Source: Vicinamibacterales bacterium
Lineage (GTDB): Bacteria; Acidobacteriota; Vicinamibacteria; Vicinamibacterales; CAVVIG01
DNA length: 52,428 bases
NCBI GenBank assembly: GCA_040081675.1
Contig: JBEBGB010000002.1
Location: 1 to 52,428 of the forward strand
Direction: 5' to 3'
The position numbers were made by a program, and so were the translations under genes. The notes below the pieces were generated by a model. The model made no database searches and was not told where the DNA came from. It saw only the letters and a program-made list of their open reading frames with translations. Shown piece by piece: positions 18,209 to 26,407 of this stretch. Position 1 is the first letter of the stretch. Each line of letters begins with the position of its first letter.

Positions 18209-19228
18209 ATGGGTCCAACTGACAAACGGGAGCTGCTCTCGCGCGCGTTCGCGGCGACTCGGTTCACTCACATTCTGGAACTGCTCCCGCAACGCCCGGT
18301 GCTCATGGTATTGACCTATCACCGGATTGGCGATTCCCTCAGTACTCCATACGACTCGGGGGTGTTCTCAGCGACTGCAGACGAGCTGGACGATCACATT
18401 CGTCACATCAAGAAGCGTTTCCACCTGCTGACGCCAGAAGAGACAATTGCCATGGCCCGCGGTGCCGGTCCGACCAGGGCGAGCGTGCTCTTCACCTTCG
18501 ACGATGGCTATCTGGATAACTACGAGGCCGCGTTCCCGGTGCTTCGGTCCCACGGTGTGTCGGCCATGTTCTTTCTGGCTACCGGATTCGTCGGCAGCAG
18601 TCGCGTGCCGTGGTGGGACCGCATGGCATTCGTGATCAAGCAGTGCCCCACCAGCACGATTCGCTTACGATATCCGCAGCCCGTGGAATTCGACGTCGAG
18701 AAGCTGGGGCTTCTGGAGGTGTCCAGGCGGATCCTGCGCATCTACCGCAGTCCCGCCGTCACCGACCCCGAGCGCTTCGAGCGCGAGCTGGCGGAAGCCT
18801 GTCTGGCCACGCCACCCGGGAATGACGCGAGCCCCCTTTTCATGAGTTATGAACAGGCGCGTGAGATGCAGGCGGCCGGGCAGGTCTTTGGGTCACACAC
18901 ACACAGTCACACGATTCTCAGCACCCTCAGCGCCGCCGCCCAGCGCGAAGAGTTCCGTGCGTCGCGCGAGATTCTGGAACGAGAGTTGAACACAACCATC
19001 GATGTGCTCGCCTATCCAGTGGGCAGCACGCACGCGTTCTCGGGCCAGAGCATCGAAGGGCTGAAGGCCACTGGTTATCGGGCGGCCTTCTCGCACTATG
19101 GTGGACTGAACAGGCCCGGCGAGATAGATCCCTACGACATTCGTCGCTTGCCCATGGACCGCCCGAGTACCAGCCGGCTTCGCTTGCGGACGGCTGTGGG
19201 CGGCATCACCGGAACTCGCTGGTTCTGA
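18209..19228 (+). CDS. Polysaccharide deacetylase (NodB-homology, CE4-like)
   Basis: Motifs present: LTYHRIGD, VLFTFDDGYLDNYEAAFPVLRSHGVSAMFFLATGFVG, FGSHTHSH. Confidence 0.85.
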   Translation: MGPTDKRELLSRAFAATRFTHILELLPQRPVLMVLTYHRIGDSLSTPYDSGVFSATADELDDHIRHIKKRFHLLTPEETIAMARGAGPTRASVLFTFDDGYLDNYEAAFPVLRSHGVSAMFFLATGFVGSSRVPWWDRMAFVIKQCPTSTIRLRYPQPVEFDVEKLGLLEVSRRILRIYRSPAVTDPERFERELAEACLATPPGNDASPLFMSYEQAREMQAAGQVFGSHTHSHTILSTLSAAAQREEFRASREILERELNTTIDVLAYPVGSTHAFSGQSIEGLKATGYRAAFSHYGGLNRPGEIDPYDIRRLPMDRPSTSRLRLRTAVGGITGTRWF

Positions 19229-19235
19229 CCACCCC

Positions 19236-20336
19236 GTGATCGAGATCCAGCCATATCGCTGGAATGACTGGGCGGCGGTCGCGCCGAGCTGGCAGGTGCT
19301 GGCAGCGCGCAGCGGCTCGTCGTTCTTTCTGACTCCCGCGTGGGTCGAAACCTGGCTCGACGTGTTTGGCGAGCAGCTGAATCCACGCCTGCTCACATTC
19401 GTCGACGCTGGCGAGGTGGTAGGCGCGTGTCTGCTGGTTCGCCATCTGCATTGGCGAAAGTTCATCCCGATGCGACGCGTGCATCTCAACTGCGCCGGCG
19501 AGGACCACGAGGACGGGACGTGCGTTGAATACAACCGCCTGCTCTGTCTGCCCGGCAGGGACGCGGACGTATCGGCGGCGCTCCTGGCCTGGATCAGACG
19601 AACCCGATGGGATGAACTGGCGCTCGACGGAATGGAGGCCGTTCCTTCGCTGACCGAAGGATGCAGGGTCGAGAGCAAGTCGCGACCGAGCTACTACGTC
19701 GACCTCACAGCCCTTCGGTCGTCGGGCGTGAGCTACGACACTGCGCTGTCCGCGAACACGCGTCAGCAGATTCGACGCAGCATTCGCATGTACGAGGAGA
19801 CGACCGGTCCACTGGTCGTTGAACAGGCCGGCGACAAGCGGCAGGCCCTGGAGTTTCTCGAGGAACTGGCCGACCTCCACCAGAAAAGCTGGTCGGAGCG
19901 CGGTAGACCTGGTGTGTTCGCCTCGCACAGGTTTCGCCGGTTCCACTCGCGCTTGATCGAGCGAAGCTTCGACGCCGGATGCGTTCACCTCTTGCGTGTC
20001 ACCTCTGGCCCGCAGACGGTTGGACTGCTGCACTGCTTTTTCCATCAAGGCCGGATCTATTTCTATCAATCTGGGTTTGCCTATCAGTCGGACAACCGCT
20101 CGAAGCCTGGGCTGATGACGCATTATCTAGCCATCAAGCACTACCTGGCCGATCGGCTCGATGTGGTCGAGTACGATCTGCTCGCCGGCGACGCGCAATA
20201 CAAGCGTTCGTTGGCGAGAGAACATCGGACGCTGAACTGGCTCGTGGCGCAGCGCCCGACCCTTCGCGTTCGCGCATTCTGGATGCTGCGCGCGCGGAAG
20301 CGCCGACTGTCAGCGCCGCCGCTCGCCGAAGCGTGA
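19236..20336 (+). CDS. CelD/BcsL (FemAB-fold) GNAT-type transferase, second paralogue
   Basis: GTG start at 19236. Motifs present: SSFFLTPAWVETWLDVFG, LHCFFHQGRIYFYQSGFAY, PGLMTHYLAIKHYL, YDLLAGDAQYKRSL. Confidence 0.7.
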   Translation: MIEIQPYRWNDWAAVAPSWQVLAARSGSSFFLTPAWVETWLDVFGEQLNPRLLTFVDAGEVVGACLLVRHLHWRKFIPMRRVHLNCAGEDHEDGTCVEYNRLLCLPGRDADVSAALLAWIRRTRWDELALDGMEAVPSLTEGCRVESKSRPSYYVDLTALRSSGVSYDTALSANTRQQIRRSIRMYEETTGPLVVEQAGDKRQALEFLEELADLHQKSWSERGRPGVFASHRFRRFHSRLIERSFDAGCVHLLRVTSGPQTVGLLHCFFHQGRIYFYQSGFAYQSDNRSKPGLMTHYLAIKHYLADRLDVVEYDLLAGDAQYKRSLAREHRTLNWLVAQRPTLRVRAFWMLRARKRRLSAPPLAEA

Positions 20337-20381
20337 TGAATCCGGACCGCCGATCGATCCGATAACATCTAGCGCTGCCAC

Positions 20382-22871
20382 ATGGTGCTGGGACGTCGCT
20401 CGCGGATGGCTGGCGTCTGGCTCCTCACGCTGGCATGTGCTTCCGCAAGTGCCAGTGCGCAGGACCCAGTGGCGTCAACGACGCTGGTGCGCGAACCCGC
20501 AGCACGTGAGAAGGCTGGAAAAGAGCTTCACGCCTGGTTCATCACCGGCACACCGCCTCGCATTGACGGCTGGCTCGACGACGAAGTGTGGACGCACGCA
20601 CCGATCGTCGACGACCTGGTGCAGAACGATCCCGACAACATGGCGCCGTCTCGCGTACGGACCATCGTGCAGGTGGCACACACCGACCGAACCCTGTACG
20701 TCGCAGTACGGGCTTCCATCAGCGACCTGGCACCGCTCACCTCGGGTCCTGGCCGCCGCGACGCGCAGCCCCCGGGCGACCTGGTTCGTGTGATGTTCGA
20801 TCCCAGGCACGATCATCTGAACGCATACGTGTTCGAGGCGAATCCTTCCGGCACGCAGAGCGACTACCTGTATGTCGACGACACCCGACAGAGCTCAGAC
20901 TACGACGCGGTGTGGGACGTGCGGACCACCGTGTCAGCGGACAGTTGGGTAGCCGAGTTTGCGATCCCTTTTTCCCAGATGCGTTTTTCGGTGGTGCCGG
21001 ACGTCCCTGCCGTGTGGGGATTCAACGTGGGCCGCGACATCTACCGGACGGGCGAGTTGGACCGCTGGGTGTCCACGCCGCGGGGCGAGGCGGGTGTCGT
21101 CTCACGATTTGGTCACGTCGTGTTCGAGCACACGCTGGCGCCGCCGCGCCGCGTTGAAGTAGTCCCGTTCACGCTGGCGCGGGGCGACACGCTGACCTCC
21201 GGGCCAGGCAGCATCTCTGCAGCGGCTGGTGTCGACCTGCGAGTAGGACTCGGCCCGGCAGCGACGCTTTCGGCCACGGTGAATCCTGACTTCGGCCAGG
21301 TCGAACAGGACCCATCGGTGCTGAATCTGTCAATCTTCGAGACGTTTTTTCCGGAGAAGCGTCCGTTCTTCCTCGAGGACAGCCGCCTCTTCGTCCCCGC
21401 GTTTCCGCAGATGCTCCTGTTCCACTCGCGTCGCATCGGTCGCGCACCCACTCACTTCTCACTCGGGACAGGCGAGACCGAGATCGAGCGGCCCGACGCG
21501 ACGACGATCCTGGGAGCCGCGAAGGTCACTGGCAAGTCTGGAGGTTGGAGCTACGGAGGGCTGTCGGCATTGACGGCGGCCGAGTACGCCACGGTCAAGG
21601 AGCCTTCCTCGGAGCCTGGCGGCTCCGCGTCCCTCGATCCGGTCGATCGTCTGGTGGAACCGCGCACGTCATACACCGTAGGTCGAGTGCTGGGTGAATT
21701 CCGTAACGGCGCGGCGAACCTGGGCGCGATGGCGACCTCTGTATCGCGAGCACACGATCTCGGCGCGACAACGGGTGGCATCGACTTCGGCGTGAGGTGG
21801 GACGGCAATCGGGGTTCGTGGACGGGCATCGCGGCGGGCACGCACGCGCCGGTCGACGGGCGGCTGCAGACAGGTGGCAGCGTGCTGACCAACGTCAGCT
21901 ATGCGCGCAAACACTGGGGCATCGACGGGCACTACGACACCATCAGCCCGACGTTTCACAATGTCGACCTTGGCTTCCTTGGCAGCCGTGTCGACAAGTC
22001 GAACGTGAACTACGGCCTCAATGCCATGCAGCCCGATCCCATCGGGCCGTTCAAGGACCTTCACGTCTATACCTATGGAGATCGGTCGTGGAATGCGCGC
22101 GGGTTCAGAGATACCAACGCCGGTGCCGGGCTGGATTTTTCGCTGCGAAACTACTGGGCCGCGTCCATTCGCATTCACCACGCCTTCGACAACCTCGACG
22201 ACCTCGACTCGCGCGGCGGTCCTCCAATCCTCGAGCCCGCGTGGTGGCTGGCAGATATCTTCGTTCGCACGGACTCTCGGAAGACGCTTCGGGGCTCGTT
22301 GAGCATGGACCTGCGTCGTGACCGCGTCGGTGGGTGGGTGTTGAATGCCAGCCCGACGCTGCGCGCTCGTGCAACGCCTCGGCTCCAGATGTCGATCGGG
22401 ACGGAGTATCAATCAGGCTTGGATCTGGCGCAGTGGATCGCCAACGTCGACGTCACCGGCGACGGGGTCATCGACAACATCTACGGTCGCCTGCTCCGAC
22501 ACGTGATCGGCATCACCGGTCGAGCCACCTACGCGTTCTCTCGCGACATGACGCTCGAGGCGTACATACAACCGTTCGTTGCGGTGGGACAGTACACCGA
22601 CATTCAACGGCTATCTGCCCCACGGTCCTTCACGTTCGCGCCCGGCACGCTGTCGTACGATCCCGACTTCAACGACAAGTCGGTGCGCGGCAACGTCGTC
22701 TTTCGCTGGGAGTACGCCAAGGGCAGCGCGCTGTTTCTCGTGTGGAATCTCTCGCGAACCGATCCATCTCGACCGGGCACGTTCTCGCCCGGACGCGATC
22801 TCGCCAGCGCATTCACCGGTCCAGGTACGAACGCGCTCATCGTGAAGTTCAGCTACTGGCTCGGTCTCTGA
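20382..22871 (+). CDS. DUF5916 / CBM9-like carbohydrate-binding outer-membrane protein
   Basis: The signal peptide LLTLACASASASAQ is followed by IDGWLDDEVWTHAP...YVFEANPSGTQSDY...AEFAIPFSQMRF (CBM9-like), then a long beta-rich region ending ...LIVKFSYWLGL. Confidence 0.7.
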   Translation: MVLGRRSRMAGVWLLTLACASASASAQDPVASTTLVREPAAREKAGKELHAWFITGTPPRIDGWLDDEVWTHAPIVDDLVQNDPDNMAPSRVRTIVQVAHTDRTLYVAVRASISDLAPLTSGPGRRDAQPPGDLVRVMFDPRHDHLNAYVFEANPSGTQSDYLYVDDTRQSSDYDAVWDVRTTVSADSWVAEFAIPFSQMRFSVVPDVPAVWGFNVGRDIYRTGELDRWVSTPRGEAGVVSRFGHVVFEHTLAPPRRVEVVPFTLARGDTLTSGPGSISAAAGVDLRVGLGPAATLSATVNPDFGQVEQDPSVLNLSIFETFFPEKRPFFLEDSRLFVPAFPQMLLFHSRRIGRAPTHFSLGTGETEIERPDATTILGAAKVTGKSGGWSYGGLSALTAAEYATVKEPSSEPGGSASLDPVDRLVEPRTSYTVGRVLGEFRNGAANLGAMATSVSRAHDLGATTGGIDFGVRWDGNRGSWTGIAAGTHAPVDGRLQTGGSVLTNVSYARKHWGIDGHYDTISPTFHNVDLGFLGSRVDKSNVNYGLNAMQPDPIGPFKDLHVYTYGDRSWNARGFRDTNAGAGLDFSLRNYWAASIRIHHAFDNLDDLDSRGGPPILEPAWWLADIFVRTDSRKTLRGSLSMDLRRDRVGGWVLNASPTLRARATPRLQMSIGTEYQSGLDLAQWIANVDVTGDGVIDNIYGRLLRHVIGITGRATYAFSRDMTLEAYIQPFVAVGQYTDIQRLSAPRSFTFAPGTLSYDPDFNDKSVRGNVVFRWEYAKGSALFLVWNLSRTDPSRPGTFSPGRDLASAFTGPGTNALIVKFSYWLGL

Positions 22872-23196
22872 ACATCCAGACGCATACCCACTAACAGGTA
22901 TCAAATCGTCGAAATCCCTTAGGAAATTCGGGATCTTGGAGGCGCACGCTCCGAGCTTTCGCAATCACTTATAGATCACTGTTGACTCGCTCGCATGCGG
23001 GTCTTAGCCTCTCGACACGCGACGGGCAATATGTGCGCCTGTCTCGCATATGCGCTCGATCATTCATCCTGCGGTTGGGTTTGTTCGTCGATCGTGTCGG
23101 CCGAGTCATTCCGTAGACGTCTCATTACGTTCATACCCGGGTCTCGCAATCATGCAAAGGTTCTGCGTCGACGGCTACGGTCACTAGGAGGGTCGA

Positions 23197-26169
23197 ATGA
23201 TTCGGGAACGAGTGAGAACACTACGAGTATTCGCGTCGGGGCTGCTGGTGCTCCTGGGGGCCGCCGTGGCAACCGCACAGGACGCCGCCGTCACCGGAAG
23301 AATCACGGACGAAAGCGGCGCTGTGATGCCGGGCGTCACCGTCACTGCTACCAGCCCTGCACTGCAGGTGCCATCGGTCGTTGCGGTCTCCGACGATAAG
23401 GGTGAGTACCGCCTGACGCCGTTGCCGATCGGCACGTACCAGATCGACTACACATTGTCCGGCTTCCAGACCGTACGCCGCGAAGGCGTGCGCCTGACGG
23501 TGGACTTCCAGGCCAAGATCGACGTGGCTCTGAAGGTTGGCTCTCTCGAAGAGACGATCACGGTCTCCGGCGCGGCTCCCGTGGTCGACGTGAGTTCCAC
23601 GGCGGCGACGACGCAGTTCACGCGCGAGACGATCGAACTACTGCCGACAAGTCGCAACGGTGTCGTGTCACTTCTCGCGCAGGCGCCCGGCGTGCGCACC
23701 TTGCGCGACGTCGGTGGCAGCTCGCTGAATCAGGTGCCCACTTTCCGCGTCTTCGGGCAGGCGGGAGAGGCGTACTCGACGCTCGAGGGCGTGCAGACGA
23801 GCAGCCTGCAGGCCTCGAGCGGTCAGGCGAACTACTGGGACTACACGACGCTCGAGGAGGCCTCCGTCAGAACGCTGGGCAACGGCGCGGAAGTGCCCAG
23901 TCGCGGCGTCAACCTGATGGCCATCGTCAAGTCCGGCAGCAATGAATTTCACAGCACCACCTCGTACAACAAGACGGGCCCGGACTTTCAGAGCGACAAC
24001 ATCGACGACAACCTGCGATCGCAGGGCATTGCCGGGGGGTCCACGCTGGCGTCACGCTACAGCGTGAGCAGCGATCTGGGTGGGCGCATCATCAAGGACA
24101 AGCTGTGGTTCTACACGGCTGCCCGGCGTCAGATCGACGACCAGCAGCCACTCAACACCTTCAAGCCGGATGGTTCGGTCGCCATCGCGAAGGAACTCGC
24201 GTGGTTCTACACCGAGAAGACGTCGTACCAGATGTCGCAGGCCAATCGAGTCATTGGCTTCTATGGGTACAACCACAAATACGACACGAGTAGCCTCAGC
24301 CAGTTCATTCCGTACGCATCCCGCAGTGGTCTCATGACCCCGAGTCGCACAGCCAAGATCGAGCTGCAACGCGTGTGGAGTAACCAGTTCATGACCTCGA
24401 TGCAGGTCGGCTACTGGAACTACTCTAGCCAGTACTGGAGCTTCTCGCCCCAGAACGTGCCGCCCTCACTCGACCTGGTGACGTCGCAGAACCAGGGACC
24501 GGCAACCACTGTTGGTCAGCGGCCGCACAACCCGCGCTTCCACTACAAAGGGAACGCGACGTTGTTCAAGCCGGAGCTCTTCTACGGCAACCACGAGTTC
24601 AAGATGGGCGTCGAGTACGTGGACAACTGGTTCGGTCGCCAGTATCCCCAGTTGCCTGCAGACACGACGCTTAGCAGTGGACCCGAGGGCAAGCCCTTTT
24701 CCGCCTGGGTCTACACCTATCGTCTGCGACCCTCGAACGGGTTCGCGACCTGCAACGTCGCGGCGAGCGCAACGGCGCCCTGCCAGATCGAGATGTGGAA
24801 CAATCCGTCACTGGCGAAGGTGGTCACGCACTACGCCAGTACGTACCTGACGGACAGCTGGACGGTTGCGAAGAACCTCACGCTGAATCTCGGCGTCCGC
24901 TTCGCGCACGATAACGGCTTTGTGCCGGAATCCTGCAGGGACGCGGCGGCGTTTCCGGCGGACCTCACCTACCCGGCGGCCTGCTTCGACAAGCAGCAGT
25001 TCAACATCTGGAACAGCTTCGCGCCGCGCCTCCACGGTTCGTGGGACATCCTCGGCAACGGCAAGATGGTCCTCAAGGGCGGCTGGGGCCGTTTCGATCA
25101 CGAACGGCAGCAGGTGCCAGAGATGGACTCTGCTGACGCGCAGCTCCGCGTCACGACCGCGTACCGTTGGCGCGATTTCAACGGCAACGGAAACTACGAT
25201 CCGGGCGAAGTGAATCTGAACCTGAACGGGCCGGACTTCATCTCGCAGTCGGGTGGCAACAACTTCGTTCCGAGTCCGGACGAACGACAGCCGAAGAGCG
25301 ACGAACTCTCGCTGTCGCTCGAACGGGAACTCGGACAAGGTTTCGGCGTGCGCGCGAGCTACGTCTATTCGCGCTATCACGACACCTATCGCATCCTGAA
25401 CACGCTGCGACCCTACGCCGCCTACAACGTTCCAGTCACCCAGACCGATCCGGGATTGGACGGCGTTCGTGGCAACGCGGATGACCCAGGGACCACCTTC
25501 ACCTACTACGAGTGGGCGCCAGCTCTCAACGGCCGCGCATTCGAGCGATTCGCCCGCGTGAACGATCCGAAGGCCGACCAGAAGTACAACAGCGTGGACA
25601 TCGCCATGTCCAAGCGTCTGTCGAACCGGTGGCAATTGACGGCGTCCTACTCCGCGACGCGGCGGAACGTCCCGTTCATCTACACCGACTTGACGGCGCC
25701 GGCGACCACGGCCTCGGGCGAGTTCAACGGCAACGTCGAAAGCGCGCCGCTCAACCCGAACAACGAGATCAATGTTGCGGACAAGAACTGGGAATACACC
25801 TACAAGCTGTCGGGTGTGTATCAGGCGCCGTTCGGGATCGTGACCGCGGCCAACTTCGAAGCACGCAGTGGCTATCCCTGGGCCCGTCAGGTGCGCTTCA
25901 CGGGTGGCCGAACCATTCCGAGCATCACGCTGAACGTCGAGCCGATTGGCGCTCGTCGGCTGCCCATCAGCAATCAGCTGGACATGCGCTTCGAAAAGAA
26001 CGTCAACCTGACGCACGGACAGAAGGTGTCGATTCGCGCCAACATCTTCAACATCCTGAACGACAACACGGTGCTCGACGTGACGAGACTGTCTGGTCCG
26101 AACTTCAACAGGCCAAGCAGCATCATGGACGCGCGCATCATCGAAATCGGCGCGACCTACTCGTTCTAG
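23197..26169 (+). CDS. TonB-dependent receptor with N-terminal carboxypeptidase-regulatory-like domain
   Basis: An AGGAGG RBS lies at 23186..23191. After the signal peptide comes VTGRITDESGAVMPGVTVTATSPALQ...DDKGEYRLTPLPIGTYQIDYTLSGFQ (CarboxypepD_reg), then a plug-like region (TRETIELLPTSRNGVVSLLAQAPGV), and the barrel ends in the aromatic terminus ...IGATYSF. Confidence 0.9.
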   Translation: MIRERVRTLRVFASGLLVLLGAAVATAQDAAVTGRITDESGAVMPGVTVTATSPALQVPSVVAVSDDKGEYRLTPLPIGTYQIDYTLSGFQTVRREGVRLTVDFQAKIDVALKVGSLEETITVSGAAPVVDVSSTAATTQFTRETIELLPTSRNGVVSLLAQAPGVRTLRDVGGSSLNQVPTFRVFGQAGEAYSTLEGVQTSSLQASSGQANYWDYTTLEEASVRTLGNGAEVPSRGVNLMAIVKSGSNEFHSTTSYNKTGPDFQSDNIDDNLRSQGIAGGSTLASRYSVSSDLGGRIIKDKLWFYTAARRQIDDQQPLNTFKPDGSVAIAKELAWFYTEKTSYQMSQANRVIGFYGYNHKYDTSSLSQFIPYASRSGLMTPSRTAKIELQRVWSNQFMTSMQVGYWNYSSQYWSFSPQNVPPSLDLVTSQNQGPATTVGQRPHNPRFHYKGNATLFKPELFYGNHEFKMGVEYVDNWFGRQYPQLPADTTLSSGPEGKPFSAWVYTYRLRPSNGFATCNVAASATAPCQIEMWNNPSLAKVVTHYASTYLTDSWTVAKNLTLNLGVRFAHDNGFVPESCRDAAAFPADLTYPAACFDKQQFNIWNSFAPRLHGSWDILGNGKMVLKGGWGRFDHERQQVPEMDSADAQLRVTTAYRWRDFNGNGNYDPGEVNLNLNGPDFISQSGGNNFVPSPDERQPKSDELSLSLERELGQGFGVRASYVYSRYHDTYRILNTLRPYAAYNVPVTQTDPGLDGVRGNADDPGTTFTYYEWAPALNGRAFERFARVNDPKADQKYNSVDIAMSKRLSNRWQLTASYSATRRNVPFIYTDLTAPATTASGEFNGNVESAPLNPNNEINVADKNWEYTYKLSGVYQAPFGIVTAANFEARSGYPWARQVRFTGGRTIPSITLNVEPIGARRLPISNQLDMRFEKNVNLTHGQKVSIRANIFNILNDNTVLDVTRLSGPNFNRPSSIMDARIIEIGATYSF

Positions 26170-26178
26170 TTCGAATCA

Positions 26179-26407
26179 GGTCGGGAGGGTCGGGTAGGTC
26201 AGGACGGTTTGGAAGGTCAGCACGGTCAGGCAGGTCGCTCAGGCGTCTGCCCTCACCGGGACGATCGACCACCGACCTGACCCACTCAGCCTCTCGGCCC
26301 AGCCTGCGCCGACTGCCACCCGGCCCGCCGCGAGTCCAACTCGCCCCACTGTCTTCCTCACCGTCCAGGCCGTCCAGGCCGTCCCGACTGTCCAGACGGT
26401 CCTGACC
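26179..26407. repeat. Inverted arrays of a 9-nt tandem repeat (consensus GGTCAGGAC) filling the convergent intergenic spacer
   Basis: The left arm has 8 units at 26179..26250: ggtcgggag ggtcgggta ggtcaggac ggtttggaa ggtcagcac ggtcaggca ggtcgctca ggcgtctgc. The right arm has 6 units read on the minus strand at 26407..26354: ggtcaggac cgtctggac agtcgggac ggcctggac ggcctggac ggtgaggaa. The arms are mutually complementary around a ~100-nt core that is C-rich on the plus strand. Confidence 0.8.

Noticed and set aside
22872-23196. Possible riboswitch (for example cobalamin) in the 325-nt region upstream of the TonB-dependent receptor
   Set aside because: I could not find a B12-box or other conserved riboswitch core sequence by eye. 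Only a short palindrome and a weak TTGACT-17-TAGCCT promoter-like pair are present. An Infernal scan would be needed to be sure.
26168-26182. TTCGAATC, resembling a tRNA T-loop
   Set aside because: There is no acceptor stem, D-arm or anticodon arm around it. The upstream bases are the end of the receptor CDS.
26167-26280. In-frame continuation after the TonB-receptor TAG that reads as eight collagen-like Gly-X-Y triplets (GRE GRV GQD GLE GQH GQA GRS GVC)
   Set aside because: The G-X-Y pattern is a by-product of the 9-nt GGTCAGGAC repeat. The receptor already ends in a canonical aromatic terminus (YSF). The same repeat follows the convergent gene on the other strand without giving a sensible peptide. 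Stop-codon readthrough is therefore unsupported.
26179-26407. Possible CRISPR array (also considered for the 117-nt repeats at 33656..36239)
   Set aside because: The 9-nt units are contiguous with no spacers. The 117-nt units are in-frame coding repeats. There are no cas genes in the window.
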